This document shows, in pieces, positions 1 to 12,420 of a stretch of DNA of 64,000 bases. Every line of letters starts with the position of its first letter. The first letter of the stretch is position 1. Position numbers and translations under genes: made by a program. The notes beneath the pieces are model-generated. The model was given only the letters and a program-made list of their open reading frames with translations. It was not told the DNA's origin and did no database searches. Origin of the DNA: Eledone cirrhosa (Eukaryota); assembly GCA_964016885.1 (NCBI GenBank), contig OZ024748.1, positions 17,732,001 through 17,796,000 on the forward strand, written 5' to 3'.

Positions 1-137
1 TCGAGAATAACAAATGTTTTGATAATCCAAAATACAGAAAGCATGCTTTGCTAACATTTTTGTTCATATTCTAAGGATAATTTATATATACATACCACTT
101 GCGCTTTTCAAAACCCTTTTTATTCATTATTTTCCTT

Positions 138-989
138 AGCCGTACAATATAATTGAATAAACAAGAGAGATGAACACTAATATAAACATACATGTGTTCG
201 AATCGTAAGGACCAAATTTGCTAGGGTGAAAAAATACTAACTACAGCAATATGGTTTGTTATCCTTAACATTAAATATTAAATTAAGAAAAATTAAGAAA
301 AATAACAGACCTATATTGGGCAAATTTGGTCCTTACGATTCGAACACATGTATGTTTATATTAGTGTTCATCTCTCTTGTTTATTCAATTATATTGTACG
401 GCTCGGAAAAGCTTTTTTCTTAGAGCTATTTAATTGTAAGGGACTACTCTGAGTTCTTAACTCAATATATATTTGTCGGCTCCATCGTGTAGAGCTAATT
501 TTTAATGTCCTGTCAGCCAGGCTGCTATTTTTAGCGGCAGGGAATTTCAAGGCAAACTGGGTTCCGAATGACACGTGTGATAATTCATAGCGCACACAAT
601 TCATTCTCTAATATTTTTAGAAGTGAAAGGATCACTAATTTCTCAACAACTACTGAGGAGCAGAGAAACGTGAGAACTTCACTTAATAAGATGTTGCGAA
701 ACAGTCTCCAATACTGTCTAGTTGTTACCAGGCATTTTGCCCAATATAGGTCTGTTATTTTTTTTATTTTTCTTAATTTAATATTTAAAGTTAAGGATAA
801 CAAACCATATTGCTGTAGTTAGTATTTTTTCACCCTAGCAAATTTGGTCCTTACGATTCGAACACATGTATGTTTATATTAGTGTTCATCTCTCTTGTTT
901 ATTCAATTATATTGTACGGCTCGGAAAAGCTTTTTTCTTAGAGCTATTTAATTGTAAGAGACTACTCTGAGTTCTTAACTCAATATATA
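138..989 (+). mobile_element. Non-coding HHR element, 518-nt unit (1.3 tandem copies plus inverted 5' arm); retrozyme/non-autonomous PLE-like
   Basis: 320-471 is repeated directly at 838-989 (period 518). 138-324 is the reverse complement of 736-921. The element ends in (TA)n and contains a canonical HHR. Confidence 0.75.
645..726 (+). ncRNA. Canonical type I hammerhead ribozyme
   Basis: Stem I AACAACTA/TAGTTGTT (8 bp); CTGAGGA core; stem II GCAG/TTGC with a long loop; GAAA; stem III ACAGT/ACTGT; GTC cleavage triplet (cut after C718). Confidence 0.88.
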
Positions 990-1002
990 TATATATACAT
1001 AT

Positions 1003-1116
1003 AATTGTTTCTACTTTTGGCACAAGGCCAGCAATTAACCAGTACATTACTGGTACTTTATTTTATCAACCTGGTAAGGATGAAAGGCAAAGTTAACCTG
1101 GACGGGATTTGAACTC
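1003..1116 (-). mobile_element. tRNA-derived SINE fragment
   Basis: Matches the recurrent family (B-box GAGTTCAAATCC, GCCTTTCATCC..AAAATAAAGTACCAGT, TGGCCTTGTGCC tail). Confidence 0.8.
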
Positions 1117-1764
1117 TATATACATATAATGATTTCTCAACAGTCAACAATGGTATTAATATTCCTTATATTATATTCAATGATTCCAAACGCAGTATTT
1201 TATCATTTGGGTCCCCCCTCCCCCCAGTTTACTTTGTGTTCATTTCTCATTCAGTTTGTTTATTGTCTTTAGAATATGTGAGTGTGAGTATGAGTATGTA
1301 AGAGTGTGTGTGGCTCTATGGCTGTTTATGTGTGTTTGTGTGCATATATATTTTCCTCTGTGTACTTGTGTATGTGTACTGTGTACTTGTGTATGTATAT
1401 GTGTGTGTGTGTGTGTGTTTATATGTGTAAGTGTGTATATGTGTTTATATATGTATGTGTTTATATGTGTGTGTGTATGTGTTTATATATGTATGTGTTT
1501 AAATGTGTGTGTGTATGTGTTTTACACTGTGTTTATGTATGCGTTTATATGTGTATGCGTTTATATATGTATGAGTTTATATATGTATGTGTTTATATAT
1601 GTATGTGTGTATGTATGTGTTTATATATGTATGTGTTTATATATGTATGTGTGTATGTATGTGTTTATATATGTGTTTGTCCTCTGTATTTGTATGTCAG
1701 TCTGTGTCTTTGTTGACTTTCATTTCTTATGCATTTTATTATTATTATCATTGTCATCAATAAT

Positions 1765-2002
1765 AGTGGTGGTCGTGGTAGTAGTAATAGTAGTAGTAGC
1801 AGCAGTAGTAGTAGCAGCAGCAGCAGTAGTAGCAGCAGCAGCAGCAGTAGTAGTAGTAGCAGCAGCAGTAGTAGTAGCAGCAGTAGTAGTAGTAGTAGTA
1901 GCAGCAGCTGTAGTAGCAGCAGCAGTAGTAGTAGCAGTAGTAGTAGTAGTAGTAGCAGCAGCTGTAGTAGCAGCAGCAGTAGTAGTAGTAGTAGTAGTAG
2001 TG
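1765..2002. repeat. (AGT/AGC)n trinucleotide microsatellite, preceded by a TG/TA tract at ~1270-1680
   Basis: Direct reading. Confidence 0.95.
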
Positions 2003-2532
2003 CTATAAATGCCATTGCCTTAATCCAATTTTTTCATCTCGTTAAATTTTCATTTATCGACAGAGATAATGATGTCTTATTTATTTGGGAAATATATTTA
2101 CAGAAAAACAATATGAAGCCAATCACAAGGAAAATATCATAAACACTATGTGTGTGTGTGTGTGTGTGTGTGTGATTTGATATGTATATGTATAAGTATG
2201 TATGTTTGTGTGTGTATATATATATGTGTGTGTTGATAAGTAAATGTATAAGTATGTATGTTTGTGTGTGTATATATGTGTGTGATTTGATATGTATATG
2301 TATAAGTATGTATATTTGTGTGTATATATAAAAGCCAATTTTGTCACATGAAAGTTTAATCATGGAAAATTCCTCTTTATATACACAATGTGTTTTCCAA
2401 ACAATTTCATAGAAAGACAAATCATACACACCCATAGATTATTACTTCTGTTAGTCTAGACAAATGTTTGCCAAATTGTAAATTCACATGATACCATTTG
2501 AGGTGACTTGGAGCTAAAATATGGGTCATTAA

Positions 2533-2753
2533 CCCTTTAGAATTTAAACCAGCCATATCCAGGCAGAATGCTCTCACCTTTTTCTATTCAAACCGGCCAT
2601 AACTGGCCACTCATACTGATATAGAGGTATTTTTCTCAAAATAAATAATATCAAAATCTCATAGATTCGATATTATGTGAGATAATTATGTGAGATAAAG
2701 CCTTTAACATGAAAATATAATAGTATATATAGAGTAATGTAAATGCTAAAGGG
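2533..2753. mobile_element. piggyBac-like MITE
   Basis: TTAA-CCCTTTAG...CTAAAGGG-TTAA termini. Related copies at ~19270-19500, 27011-27233, 27295-27495 and 28258-28614. Confidence 0.75.
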
Positions 2754-3797
2754 TTAAAGATATATGCTTGTTTTTGATTGGTTGATTAGAAATATGGCTC
2801 TTCCAGCATCTCTCCCTCAGCATCCTCCAGAGAAATGCCTTCTCTATTCTGTCCACCAGGGCCGTGGGGTGGCTAGTGTGTGGGCCCCCATTTGCCCATA
2901 ATAGTGAGAGATGGGGAGAGCTAGGGAGACAGAGGCACTGACTGTGAGAGTTTGGTTCCTTTGTGTTCGGATCTGGTGTACATGTATATGTTTCATGGAC
3001 ACACACACTCAGGTGTGTGATGGATTCTTACTCTATCTATTTTAACATCATATATCTATCTATGTGAAGGTGTGTGGCTGAGTGGTTAGAGAATTGGATT
3101 CATAATCGTGAGGTTGTGAGTTTGATTCCTGGACCAGGTGATGCGTTATAGCCTTGAGCAAGACACTTTATTTCGCGTTGTTCCTTCTACCTGGAGTTGC
3201 AACCGATAGATAGTATTAGCAATTGGAAAGACCAACAGAAACATTGTTTCCTCGGTCCGATTTGACAAAAGTCAATTGACTGTCATATCTATCTATTTTA
3301 ACGTAACATATCTATTTTAACATCATATATCTGTCTATTTTAACATCATATATCTATCTATTTTAGCATCATATATCTATCTAACTAACCAGATCGTGTT
3401 TGGCAAAGATATCAGAAATCTTCAGAAAATCCTTGTATGTGTTATCTCTGATTGTTTTTAGAGCAGTAACTGTTTAAAAAATATGTTCTGAGAATTTTTA
3501 AAGCAAGTAATATATAAATCCAATTTATATATTGTTGCCTGTGGAATCCTCTTCCAGTTTCCTGTTTTACTGACCACTTGGTAAAAATTCAAAAGCAACA
3601 TTATTTGCCATTTTCTCCTTCCCTGGAATTGTTTTCTCTGTCTTGTCCTTTCCCTTCTCATGTAGTCCCTTGCATTTTAGTGGCTTTATTGCCTTGCTTG
3701 CGGGGAGCAAATTAAAAAAAAAGAATAATCTTTTTGGTACCAAACCACCTGAAACTGCCCTTCATTCTAGAACATTAACTTCTGAACTCACCTCACT

Positions 3798-4005
3798 TGG
3801 CAGCATCGGTAGAGCGTCAGACACTATGCTTTGCCATATAGAGTTATGCACCTTTATAGTCTTAGTTCAAATCCCGCCAAGGTTAGCTTTGCCTTTGATC
3901 CTTACGAGGTCTATAAAATAAAGCACCAGTAATGCACTGGGGTCGATTTAATCAACTTTCCCTTTCCCAGAAAATTATTGGTCTTGTGCCTAAAGCAGAT
4001 CCATT
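3798..4005 (+). mobile_element. tRNA-derived SINE
   Basis: A-box TGGCAGCATCGG, B-box GTTCAAATCC and the family body. Other copies at ~23239-23422, 29416-29638, 36051-36235, 37000-37178, 41021-41240, 42575-42757, 43851-44040 and 62921-63110. Confidence 0.8.
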
Positions 4006-4584
4006 ATTTTAAGGAATTATATTTACCACTGTTCATTTTCATTTTTTTATAAATAGAAATCATCAGGGTTGTGCTTGCATTCTTTTTCAATTTTCTCCCA
4101 TTTTTTACTCTTTATGAAGTATATATAAATAATGAAAGGAGCTGATCATCAGAACTGACCAAGGAAACCATGTTTTATGAAAATCAACCAATAGTTAATA
4201 AAGTTATTAAACATTTTAAATAGGGAGTTTCCTTCCACCCACATGGTATATAAAGGGAAAAGGGCTGATTGTCAAATCAGACTGAGGAAACCATATTTCC
4301 ATTGGTCATTCCATTAATTATATTATCTGCTAGTTACAACTTCAAGCAGAAACAGCAATGTGAAATCAAATATTTTGCTTAAGAACACAACACAACACAT
4401 TGCCTAATGTCCAGAGACCAAACACATGACTACATAATAAATAATGAATAAATAATAAATAACAGACTTTTATTTTAAATAGTACTATTATGATTATATA
4501 TATATATATAGATAGATAGATAGACGTTGATTGATGATGATGATGATGATATATATATTTATATATATACAAATATATATAAAT

Positions 4585-4633
<49 letters not shown>

Positions 4634-4667
4634 AATATATATACACACAAACACACACACACACATA

Positions 4668-4714
<47 letters not shown>

Positions 4715-5140
4715 GATTTTCTCTTCAAGAGTTTCGAAAGAGATGGGAAATGTAAAAAGGTAAAAATTATACAAATCACACCCAAGACCACTAAAACTAA
4801 AATTGCTTGCACAAATACCTAAACAATTCCAAGACTTTATATTTTATAGAAGTTTTATTCACTGGTATATGATAAAGTATATATCTAATCACACCAAACC
4901 AAACCAGACCAAACAATATGTTGCTGCTAATTTGATTAATACACAAATAATATACACCTAGAAACGTCTCTAACATACATACACTAACAAAAAAAGAGAG
5001 CAAAATAGAAAAAACAAAATGTCCGCCTATATATATTTTTTTCATAGCTATTGGGTAAATTTTACTTTCTCCACTTGTCATTGCTGGCATCTAAGGGGAT
5101 CATAAAATACATAATGAACAGGAATATAATGGCTGTAAAT

Positions 5141-5760
5141 TGAGAGAGAGAGGAAGGAGAGAGGGCGAAGGGGGTGAACGTGAGAGGGTGAGAGAGAGAC
5201 AGAGGAAGGAGAGAGGGCGAAGGGAGTGAACGTGAGAGGGTGAGAGAGAGACAGAGGAAGGAGAGAGGGATTGAGGGAGAGAGGGGAGGTGAGAGGAGAG
5301 AGACAGAAAGATGAAGGTGAGAGGAGAGAGACACAGACAGAGGAAGGAGAGAGGGACTGAAGGAGAGTGAGAAGGGGGTGAGAGGAGAGAGACAGAGGAA
5401 GGAGAAAGGAACTGAGGGAAAGAGAGGGGCTGAGAGGAGAGACAGAGAGAGGAAGGAGAGAGGGACTGAGTGAAAGAGAGAGGGGGTGGGAGACAGGAGA
5501 TAGAAGGGAGGGTGAGAGGAGAGAGACAGACAGAGGAAGGTGAGAGGGGTGAGAGGAGAGGGACACAGACAGAAGAGAGAGGGATGAGGGAGAGAGACAG
5601 AGAGAGAGGCAGGTGAGAGGGGTGAGACACAGACAGACAGAAGAGAGAGGGAATAGGGGAGAGACACAGATAAAGAGGGGTGAAGGGGAGAAGGAGAGGT
5701 GAGACAGACAGACGTAGGTGAGGGGGGTAAACACAGACAGTGAGAAGACAGGGAGAGAGT
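5141..5760. repeat. GA-rich degenerate minisatellite
   Basis: GAGAGGAAGGAGAGAGGG-type units. Similar tracts at 52740-53290 and 63700-64000. Confidence 0.9.
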
Positions 5761-6051
5761 AAAGATGGAGGAAAAGAAACTAAATGAAAGTTAATAAAAA
5801 CATATAACAAAAATAAAATAAAACGAAACAAAGATAATATAGTGAAAAAAAATAATAAATAAGTAAGAGAAAAGTTTTTTATTAATTTCCAACAATACTT
5901 GAGAATAAAATAAGAGATGTTGGCAAAGAAATGTGTAATTGAGAAATTACACAAACATAGTTACACATACACACACGTGTGTGTGTATGTGTGTATATAT
6001 TTGTATATATATATAGAGAGAGATAATTATATTTATACAATCATTATCACG

Positions 6052-6088
<37 letters not shown>

Positions 6089-6191
6089 TAAATATATAAT
6101 CTTATAATTGCTACATATATCGGTTTCAACACACATTTTCAGATAAAGAATCTTGCTAAACAAATTCAGAAATGAAATATATATATATATG

Positions 6192-6243
<52 letters not shown>

Positions 6244-6319
6244 CATTACATATATGTTTATGTATATTTATATATATATATATATATATATAAATATACA
6301 TAAACATATATGTAATGAT

Positions 6320-6365
<46 letters not shown>

Positions 6366-6639
6366 TGTATATATTTACATAAATATATATATATATATAT
6401 ATTTATTTATATAAATATATATGTATATATTTATATATATATATGTATATATTTATATATATATATATATTCATATATATATATATATTCATATATATAT
6501 ATATATATATTCATATATATATATATATATTCATATATATATATATTCATATATATATGTATATATTTATTCATATATATATGTATATATTTATTCATAT
6601 ATATATATGTATATATTTATTCATATATATATATGAATA

Positions 6640-6670
<31 letters not shown>

Positions 6671-6764
6671 TTATTTATCTTTATATAATCTTATATATGT
6701 ATATGTGCATATATATATATCTAACACATGTTATCGTGGAAAGTGGGCGTTAAACGACAATGAT

Positions 6765-6796
<32 letters not shown>

Positions 6797-7269
6797 CACA
6801 ATTATATATATATAATTATATATATATATTTATATAATCTTATATACGTATATGTGTGTGTGTGTCATTATTATGTTCTTTAGTTATCAGGTGACATGAG
6901 ACATAAATGTAATGTTAAGTAATTCTTCATCTTACATCAATGTTAAGTAATTCTTCATCTTACATCAATATTTACACTACAAATATTTTCGCTTATTGTT
7001 ATATTTCTATATATTTTTTATTCTATATATTTTTTATATATATACATATTAATTTCCACCATTTATTCATTGTGTGTATAGCGAGGGAAAATAGATATTA
7101 AATTATATATATGTATATATATAGCATATATGTATATACATACATATATTAATTCAAAATATTAACAAAAATAGACATTCGTGTGATCAAGTATATTTTA
7201 TTATACATATTTCAGAGGTACTCAGCTATCTTATGGTTAAGATCTTATGGTTAAGATTCAGTCATGACT

Positions 7270-8763
7270 GAATTTTAACCATCTACTAAGTCAGGGTATA
7301 TCATGCATCATCTTATTTTATCTGATGAGGACATACTGTTGAATCTTAACCATCTACTAAGTCAGGGTATATCATGCATCATCTTATTTTATCTGATGAG
7401 GACATACTGTTGAATCTTAACCATCTACTAAGTCAGGGCATGTCATGCATCATCTTATTTTATCTGATGAGGACATACTGTTGAATCTTAACCATCTACT
7501 AAGTCAGGGCATGTCATGCATCATCTTATTTTATCTGATGAGGACATACTGTTGAATCTTAACCATCTACTAAGTCAGGGTATGTCATGCATCATCTTAT
7601 TTTATCTGATGAGGACATACTGTTGAATCTTAACCATCTACTAAGTCAGGGTATATCATGCATCATCTTATTTTATCTGATGAGGACATACTGTTGAATC
7701 TTAACCATCTACTAAGTCAGGGTATATCATGCATCATCTTATTTTATCTGATGAGGACATGCTGTTGAATCTTAACCATCTACTAAGTCAGGGTATATCA
7801 TGCATCATCTTATTTTATCTGATGAGGACATACTGTTGAATCTTAACCATCTACTAAGTCAGGGTATATCATGCATCATCTTATTTTATCTGATGAGGAC
7901 ATACTGTTGAATCTTAACCATCTACTAAGTCAGGGCATGTCATGCATCATCTTATTTTATCTGATGAGGACATACTGTTGAATCTTAACCATCTACTAAG
8001 TCAGGGTATATCATGCATCATCTTATTTTATCTGATGAGGACATACTGTTGAATCTTAACCATCTACTAAGTCAGGGTATATCATGCATCATCTTATTTT
8101 ATCTGATGAGGACATACTGTTGAATCTTAACCATCTACTAAGTCAGGGTATATCATGCATCATCTTATTTTATCTGATGAGGACATACTGTTGAATCTTA
8201 ACCATCTACTAAGTCAGGGTATATCATGCATCATCTTATTTTATCTGATGAGGACATACTGTTGAATCTTAACCATCTACTAAGTCAGGGTATATCATGC
8301 ATCATCTTATTTTATCTGATGAGGACATACTGTTGAATCTTAACCATCTACTAAGTCAGGGCATGTCATGCATCATCTTATTTTATCTGATGAGGACATA
8401 CTGTTGAATCTTAACCATCTACTAAGTCAGGGTATATCATGCATCATCTTATTTTATCTGATGAGGACATACTGTTGAATCTTAACCATCTACTAAGTCA
8501 GGGTATATCATGCATCATCTTATTTTATCTGATGAGGACATACTGTTGAATCTTAACCATCTACTAAGTCAGGGTATATCATGCATCATCTTATTTTATC
8601 TGATGAGGACATACTGTTGAATCTTAACCATCTACTAAGTCAGGGTATATCATGCATCATCTTATTTTATCTGATGAGGACATACTGTTGAATCTTAACC
8701 ATCTACTAAGTCAGAGTATGTCATGCATCATCTTATTTTATCTGATGAGGACGTACTGTTGAA
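7270..8763 (+). repeat. Tandem array, 21 x 71 bp, each unit carrying the 5' half of a hammerhead
   Basis: TCTGATGAGG recurs at 7321, 7392, 7463 ... 8741 (20 intervals of 71). Variants GGGTATATC/GGGCATGTC. Confidence 0.95.
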
Positions 8764-8800
8764 GATAGCTCAGTACCTCTAAAATATGTATAATAAAATA
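8734..8800 (+). ncRNA. Minimal hammerhead with G12A change (probably inactive copy)
   Basis: TATTTTAT CTGATGA ...GTACTG/CAGTAC... AAAA TATGTA TA ATAAAATA. The inverted arm (C7213) retains GAAA. Confidence 0.65.
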
Positions 8801-8942
8801 TACTTGATCACACAAATGTCTATTTTTGTTAATATTTTGAATTAATATTAATAACTCCGGGAAACCATTTTTTGTTGAGTGCTTCCAATCTATTGTAAAA
8901 CTCATTCTTTGATTTATTCATTGAACCTTGTTTAACCTTTAA

Positions 8943-8992
<50 letters not shown>

Positions 8993-9231
8993 TCATCATC
9001 ATTTTACATCCCCTTTTCCCTGCTTGCAAGGGTGGGACATATATATATATATATATATATAAAGAATTAATATCTAGTAACATATATACATACAGATGCA
9101 TATCAATGCTAGCAAATATATAGGTTTTGTCTTAGTAACTTTGTGGTTCAATGCATGGGGTTGCAGAACAATAATATGAGAGACGTAAAATAAGAAAATT
9201 ATTATAAAATTAACTTACTTACTAAAATATC

Positions 9232-9313
9232 ACTTCCAACTAATTAGTTTCTGGAATGGAATAAATATATTTTCCGAAGAAGATACGGAGAAGCATTCCG
9301 TCGTCAGGGAAGT
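9232..9313 (-). ncRNA. Hammerhead ribozyme (copy of 10252-10333)
   Basis: Reverse complement of the 10252 motif. Confidence 0.8.
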
Positions 9314-9763
9314 CTATTCTCATCTAAGTATCCAGGCAAAGCATGGACACTGGAAACTTATTAAAAAATAATTCAGTGGATAGAAAATAGCAAAGCGTGG
9401 ACTGAATTCCTAGCCATTGAGAAAATCACTGCCTCTGCGTCGGTGGCAAATTCAAAAATAATCAATCACGTGACATCGAGGTCAATCAGTGGAAAGTGGT
9501 TGCTAATAAGACAGCGGCCTGCCTGCTACCATAGCAGCAGTCATGGCCAATATTGCTCGACAAATAATTTGGAGATAATTATAAAGAATTAATATCCAGT
9601 AACATATATACATACAGATGCATATCAATTCTAGCAAATATATAGGTTTTGTCTTAGTAACTTTGTGGTTCAATGCATGGGGTTGCAGAACAATAACATG
9701 AGAGACGTAAAATAAGAAAATTATAAAATTAACTTACTTATATATATATATATATAAAATATC

Positions 9764-9845
9764 ACTTCCAACTAATTAGTTTCTGGAATGGAATAAATAT
9801 ATTTTCCGAAGAAGATACAGAGAAGCATTCCGTCGTCAGGGAAGT
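9764..9845 (-). ncRNA. Hammerhead ribozyme (second tandem copy)
   Basis: Reverse complement of the 10252 motif, one unit away from the 9232 copy. Confidence 0.8.
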
Positions 9846-10251
9846 CTATTCTCATCTAAGTATCCAGGCAAAGCGTTGCAACCCCATGCATTGAACCACA
9901 AAGTTACTAAGACAAAACCTATATATTTGCTAGCATTGATATGCATATGTATGTATATATGTTACTAGATATTAATTCTTTATAATTATCTCCAAATTAT
10001 TTGTCGAGCAATATTGGCCATGACTGCTGCTATGGTAGCAGGCAGGCCGCTGTCTTATTAGCAAACCACTTTCCACTGATTGACCTCGATGTCACGTGAT
10101 TGATTCTTTTTGAATTTGCCACCGACGCAGAGGCAGTGATTTTCTCAATGGCTAGGAATTCAGTCCACGCTTTGCTATTTTCTATCCACTGAATTATTTT
10201 TTAATAAGTTTCCAGTGTCCACGCTTTGCCTGGATACTTAGATGAGAATAG

Positions 10252-10333
10252 ACTTCCCTGACGACGGAATGCTTCTCCGTATCTTCTTCGGAAAATATAT
10301 TTATTCCATTCCAGAAACTAATTAGTTGGAAGT
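10252..10333 (+). ncRNA. Type I hammerhead ribozyme with long loop 2
   Basis: Stem I ACTTCC/GGAAGT; CTGACGA; stem II GGAATG/CATTCC; GAAA; palindromic CTAATTAG; GTT cleavage triplet. Confidence 0.8.
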
Positions 10334-10413
10334 GATATTTTAGTAAGTAAGTTAATTTTATAATTTTCTTATTTTACGTCTCTCATATATATATATATAT
10401 ATGTAAAATATAT

Positions 10414-10649
10414 AACGTAAAATTGGGATTATACTAAGGTATATCCTAATGTTTGTTGAGTGAGATGGAAGCCTGTCAGAGTATTGCTTAAAGCTTTCTC
10501 TGCTAATGTATTAAATATATACATATATATATATATATATGTATATATTTAATACATTAGCAGAGAAAGCTTTAAGCAATACTCTGACAGGCTTCCATCT
10601 CACTCAACAAACATTAGGATATACCTTAGTATAATCCCAATTTTACGTT
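10414..10649. repeat. Near-perfect palindrome centred on (TA)n
   Basis: AACGTAAAATTGGG...CCCAATTTTACGTT arms of ~105 bp. Confidence 0.9.
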
Positions 10650-11149
10650 TGGGGTGCTAACTATATGTATTTTGCGGATAGCCAGTTGTATTATTTTATG
10701 TGAGAAATAATTAAAATACATCTCCCTTTCCAAACAATTGTTTCATTATAAGTTTTCTACAAGTTGGAAAAATCTGTCCAAGTTATGTAGAAGCCTACAC
10801 ATAGTCCGTAGGAATATATGCAGGTGGTATATATATGTATATATATATGTATGTATGTATTATAAAATTGTAAGGTAAAGTAAAAGAAATAGGTTGTAGA
10901 AATTCTCCCTCTTAAGGCGAGTTTCAATCTTGTAATTCTGAAAACAGTCTTGGTTCATTGAAGTTTTGGCCAGTCCCTATATTTAAGAAGCAAGTCCCAA
11001 TATAGATAGACTTCATGTCAAACTCTCTACTGTTAGTTGACACACACATATTACATAAGTGTAGCTTTTACAAAGGTTTATCTTAACTGCAAAATCTCCT
11101 GTTATAAAGCATTTAAGCACTTAACTATTTTAAATTACATATACATGTC

Positions 11150-11235
11150 TTCTGCTGCTGCTGCTACTACTACTACTACTACTGCTGCTGCTACTGCTGC
11201 TGCTGCTACTGCTGCTACTACTACTGCTGCTGCTG

Positions 11236-11273
<38 letters not shown>

Positions 11274-11663
11274 ACTAATACTACTGCTGCTGCTGCTACT
11301 ACTACTACTACAACTACTACTACTGCTGCTGCTGCTGCTACTACTACTACTACTACTAACAACAACAACAATAATATTAATACAACCAACATTGCTAGTG
11401 CAACCACCATGACTATTACCACTACTACTACGACGACTACTACTACTACAACCACTACTACTATTACTACAACTACCGTTACTACCACTACCACCACCAC
11501 TACTACTACTACCACCACTTCTACGACGACTACTACAACCACTACCATTATTACTACAACTACCGTTACTACCACTACCACCAACACTACTACTACTACT
11601 ACCACCACTACTTCTACGACTACTACTACAACCACTACTACTATTACTACCACTACCACCACC

Positions 11664-11716
<53 letters not shown>

Positions 11717-11910
11717 CACCACTACTTCTACAACTACAACTACCATTACTACCACTACCACCACCACTACTTCTACGACTACTACTACAACCGCTACTAC
11801 TACAACTACCGTTACTACCACTACCACCACCACTACTACTACTACCACCACCACTACTTCTACGACTACTACTACTACCACCACCACCACCACTACTGCT
11901 ACTACAACAT
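11150..11910. repeat. (GCT/ACT/ACC)n trinucleotide array
   Basis: Direct reading; source of the poly-T and poly-V ORFs. Confidence 0.95.
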
Positions 11911-12287
11911 TACCTTTACCTTTAATGATTTCTCTGTAATAGATTCCAAAACAAGAATATGAAACAACAAACAAAAATAGAAATAATTTTAGAGAGAGGA
12001 AATAGTTTGAGATAATAAATTAAACCCTTGTGTGTGTGCATATATATATATATATATATGTGTGTGTGTATATATATGTATATATATATGTGTGTGTGTA
12101 TATATGTGTGTGTGTGTATATATGTGCATGTGTATGTATGTGTGTGTGTATATATGTGTGTGTATATATGTGTGTGTGTATATATGTGTGTGTGTGTGAG
12201 TGTATCATATATATATATGTATACATATATATGTATATATATTTGTGTGTATGTATGTGTATGTATATATATGTATACATAAATATA

Positions 12288-12331
<44 letters not shown>

Positions 12332-12371
12332 CATAAATATATGTGTATGTATATATATATATATATATGTA

Positions 12372-12402
<31 letters not shown>

Positions 12403-12420
12403 CTTCGAAAAGATAAAAAA

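Larger units (their letters stand above)
7146..8849 (+). mobile_element. Fold-back PLE-end element with an internal 71-bp tandem array
   Basis: 7146-7232 is the reverse complement of ~8762-8849. An HHR of the TTTTAT-CTGATGA family lies at the right end. Confidence 0.75.
9058..10389. mobile_element. Non-coding HHR element, 522-nt unit (~1.55 tandem copies on - plus ~1 inverted copy on +)
   Basis: The sequence at 9061 repeats at 9583. 9875-10389 is an inverted copy that reads through the unit junction. Both ends lie in (TA)n. Confidence 0.8.

Noticed and set aside
7270-8763. CRISPR-like array
   Set aside because: Units are near-identical end to end with no unique spacers, no cas genes, and a eukaryotic context.
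11037-11939. 300-aa Thr-rich mucin-like ORF
   Set aside because: It is a trinucleotide microsatellite open on both strands, with no signal peptide or unique domain.
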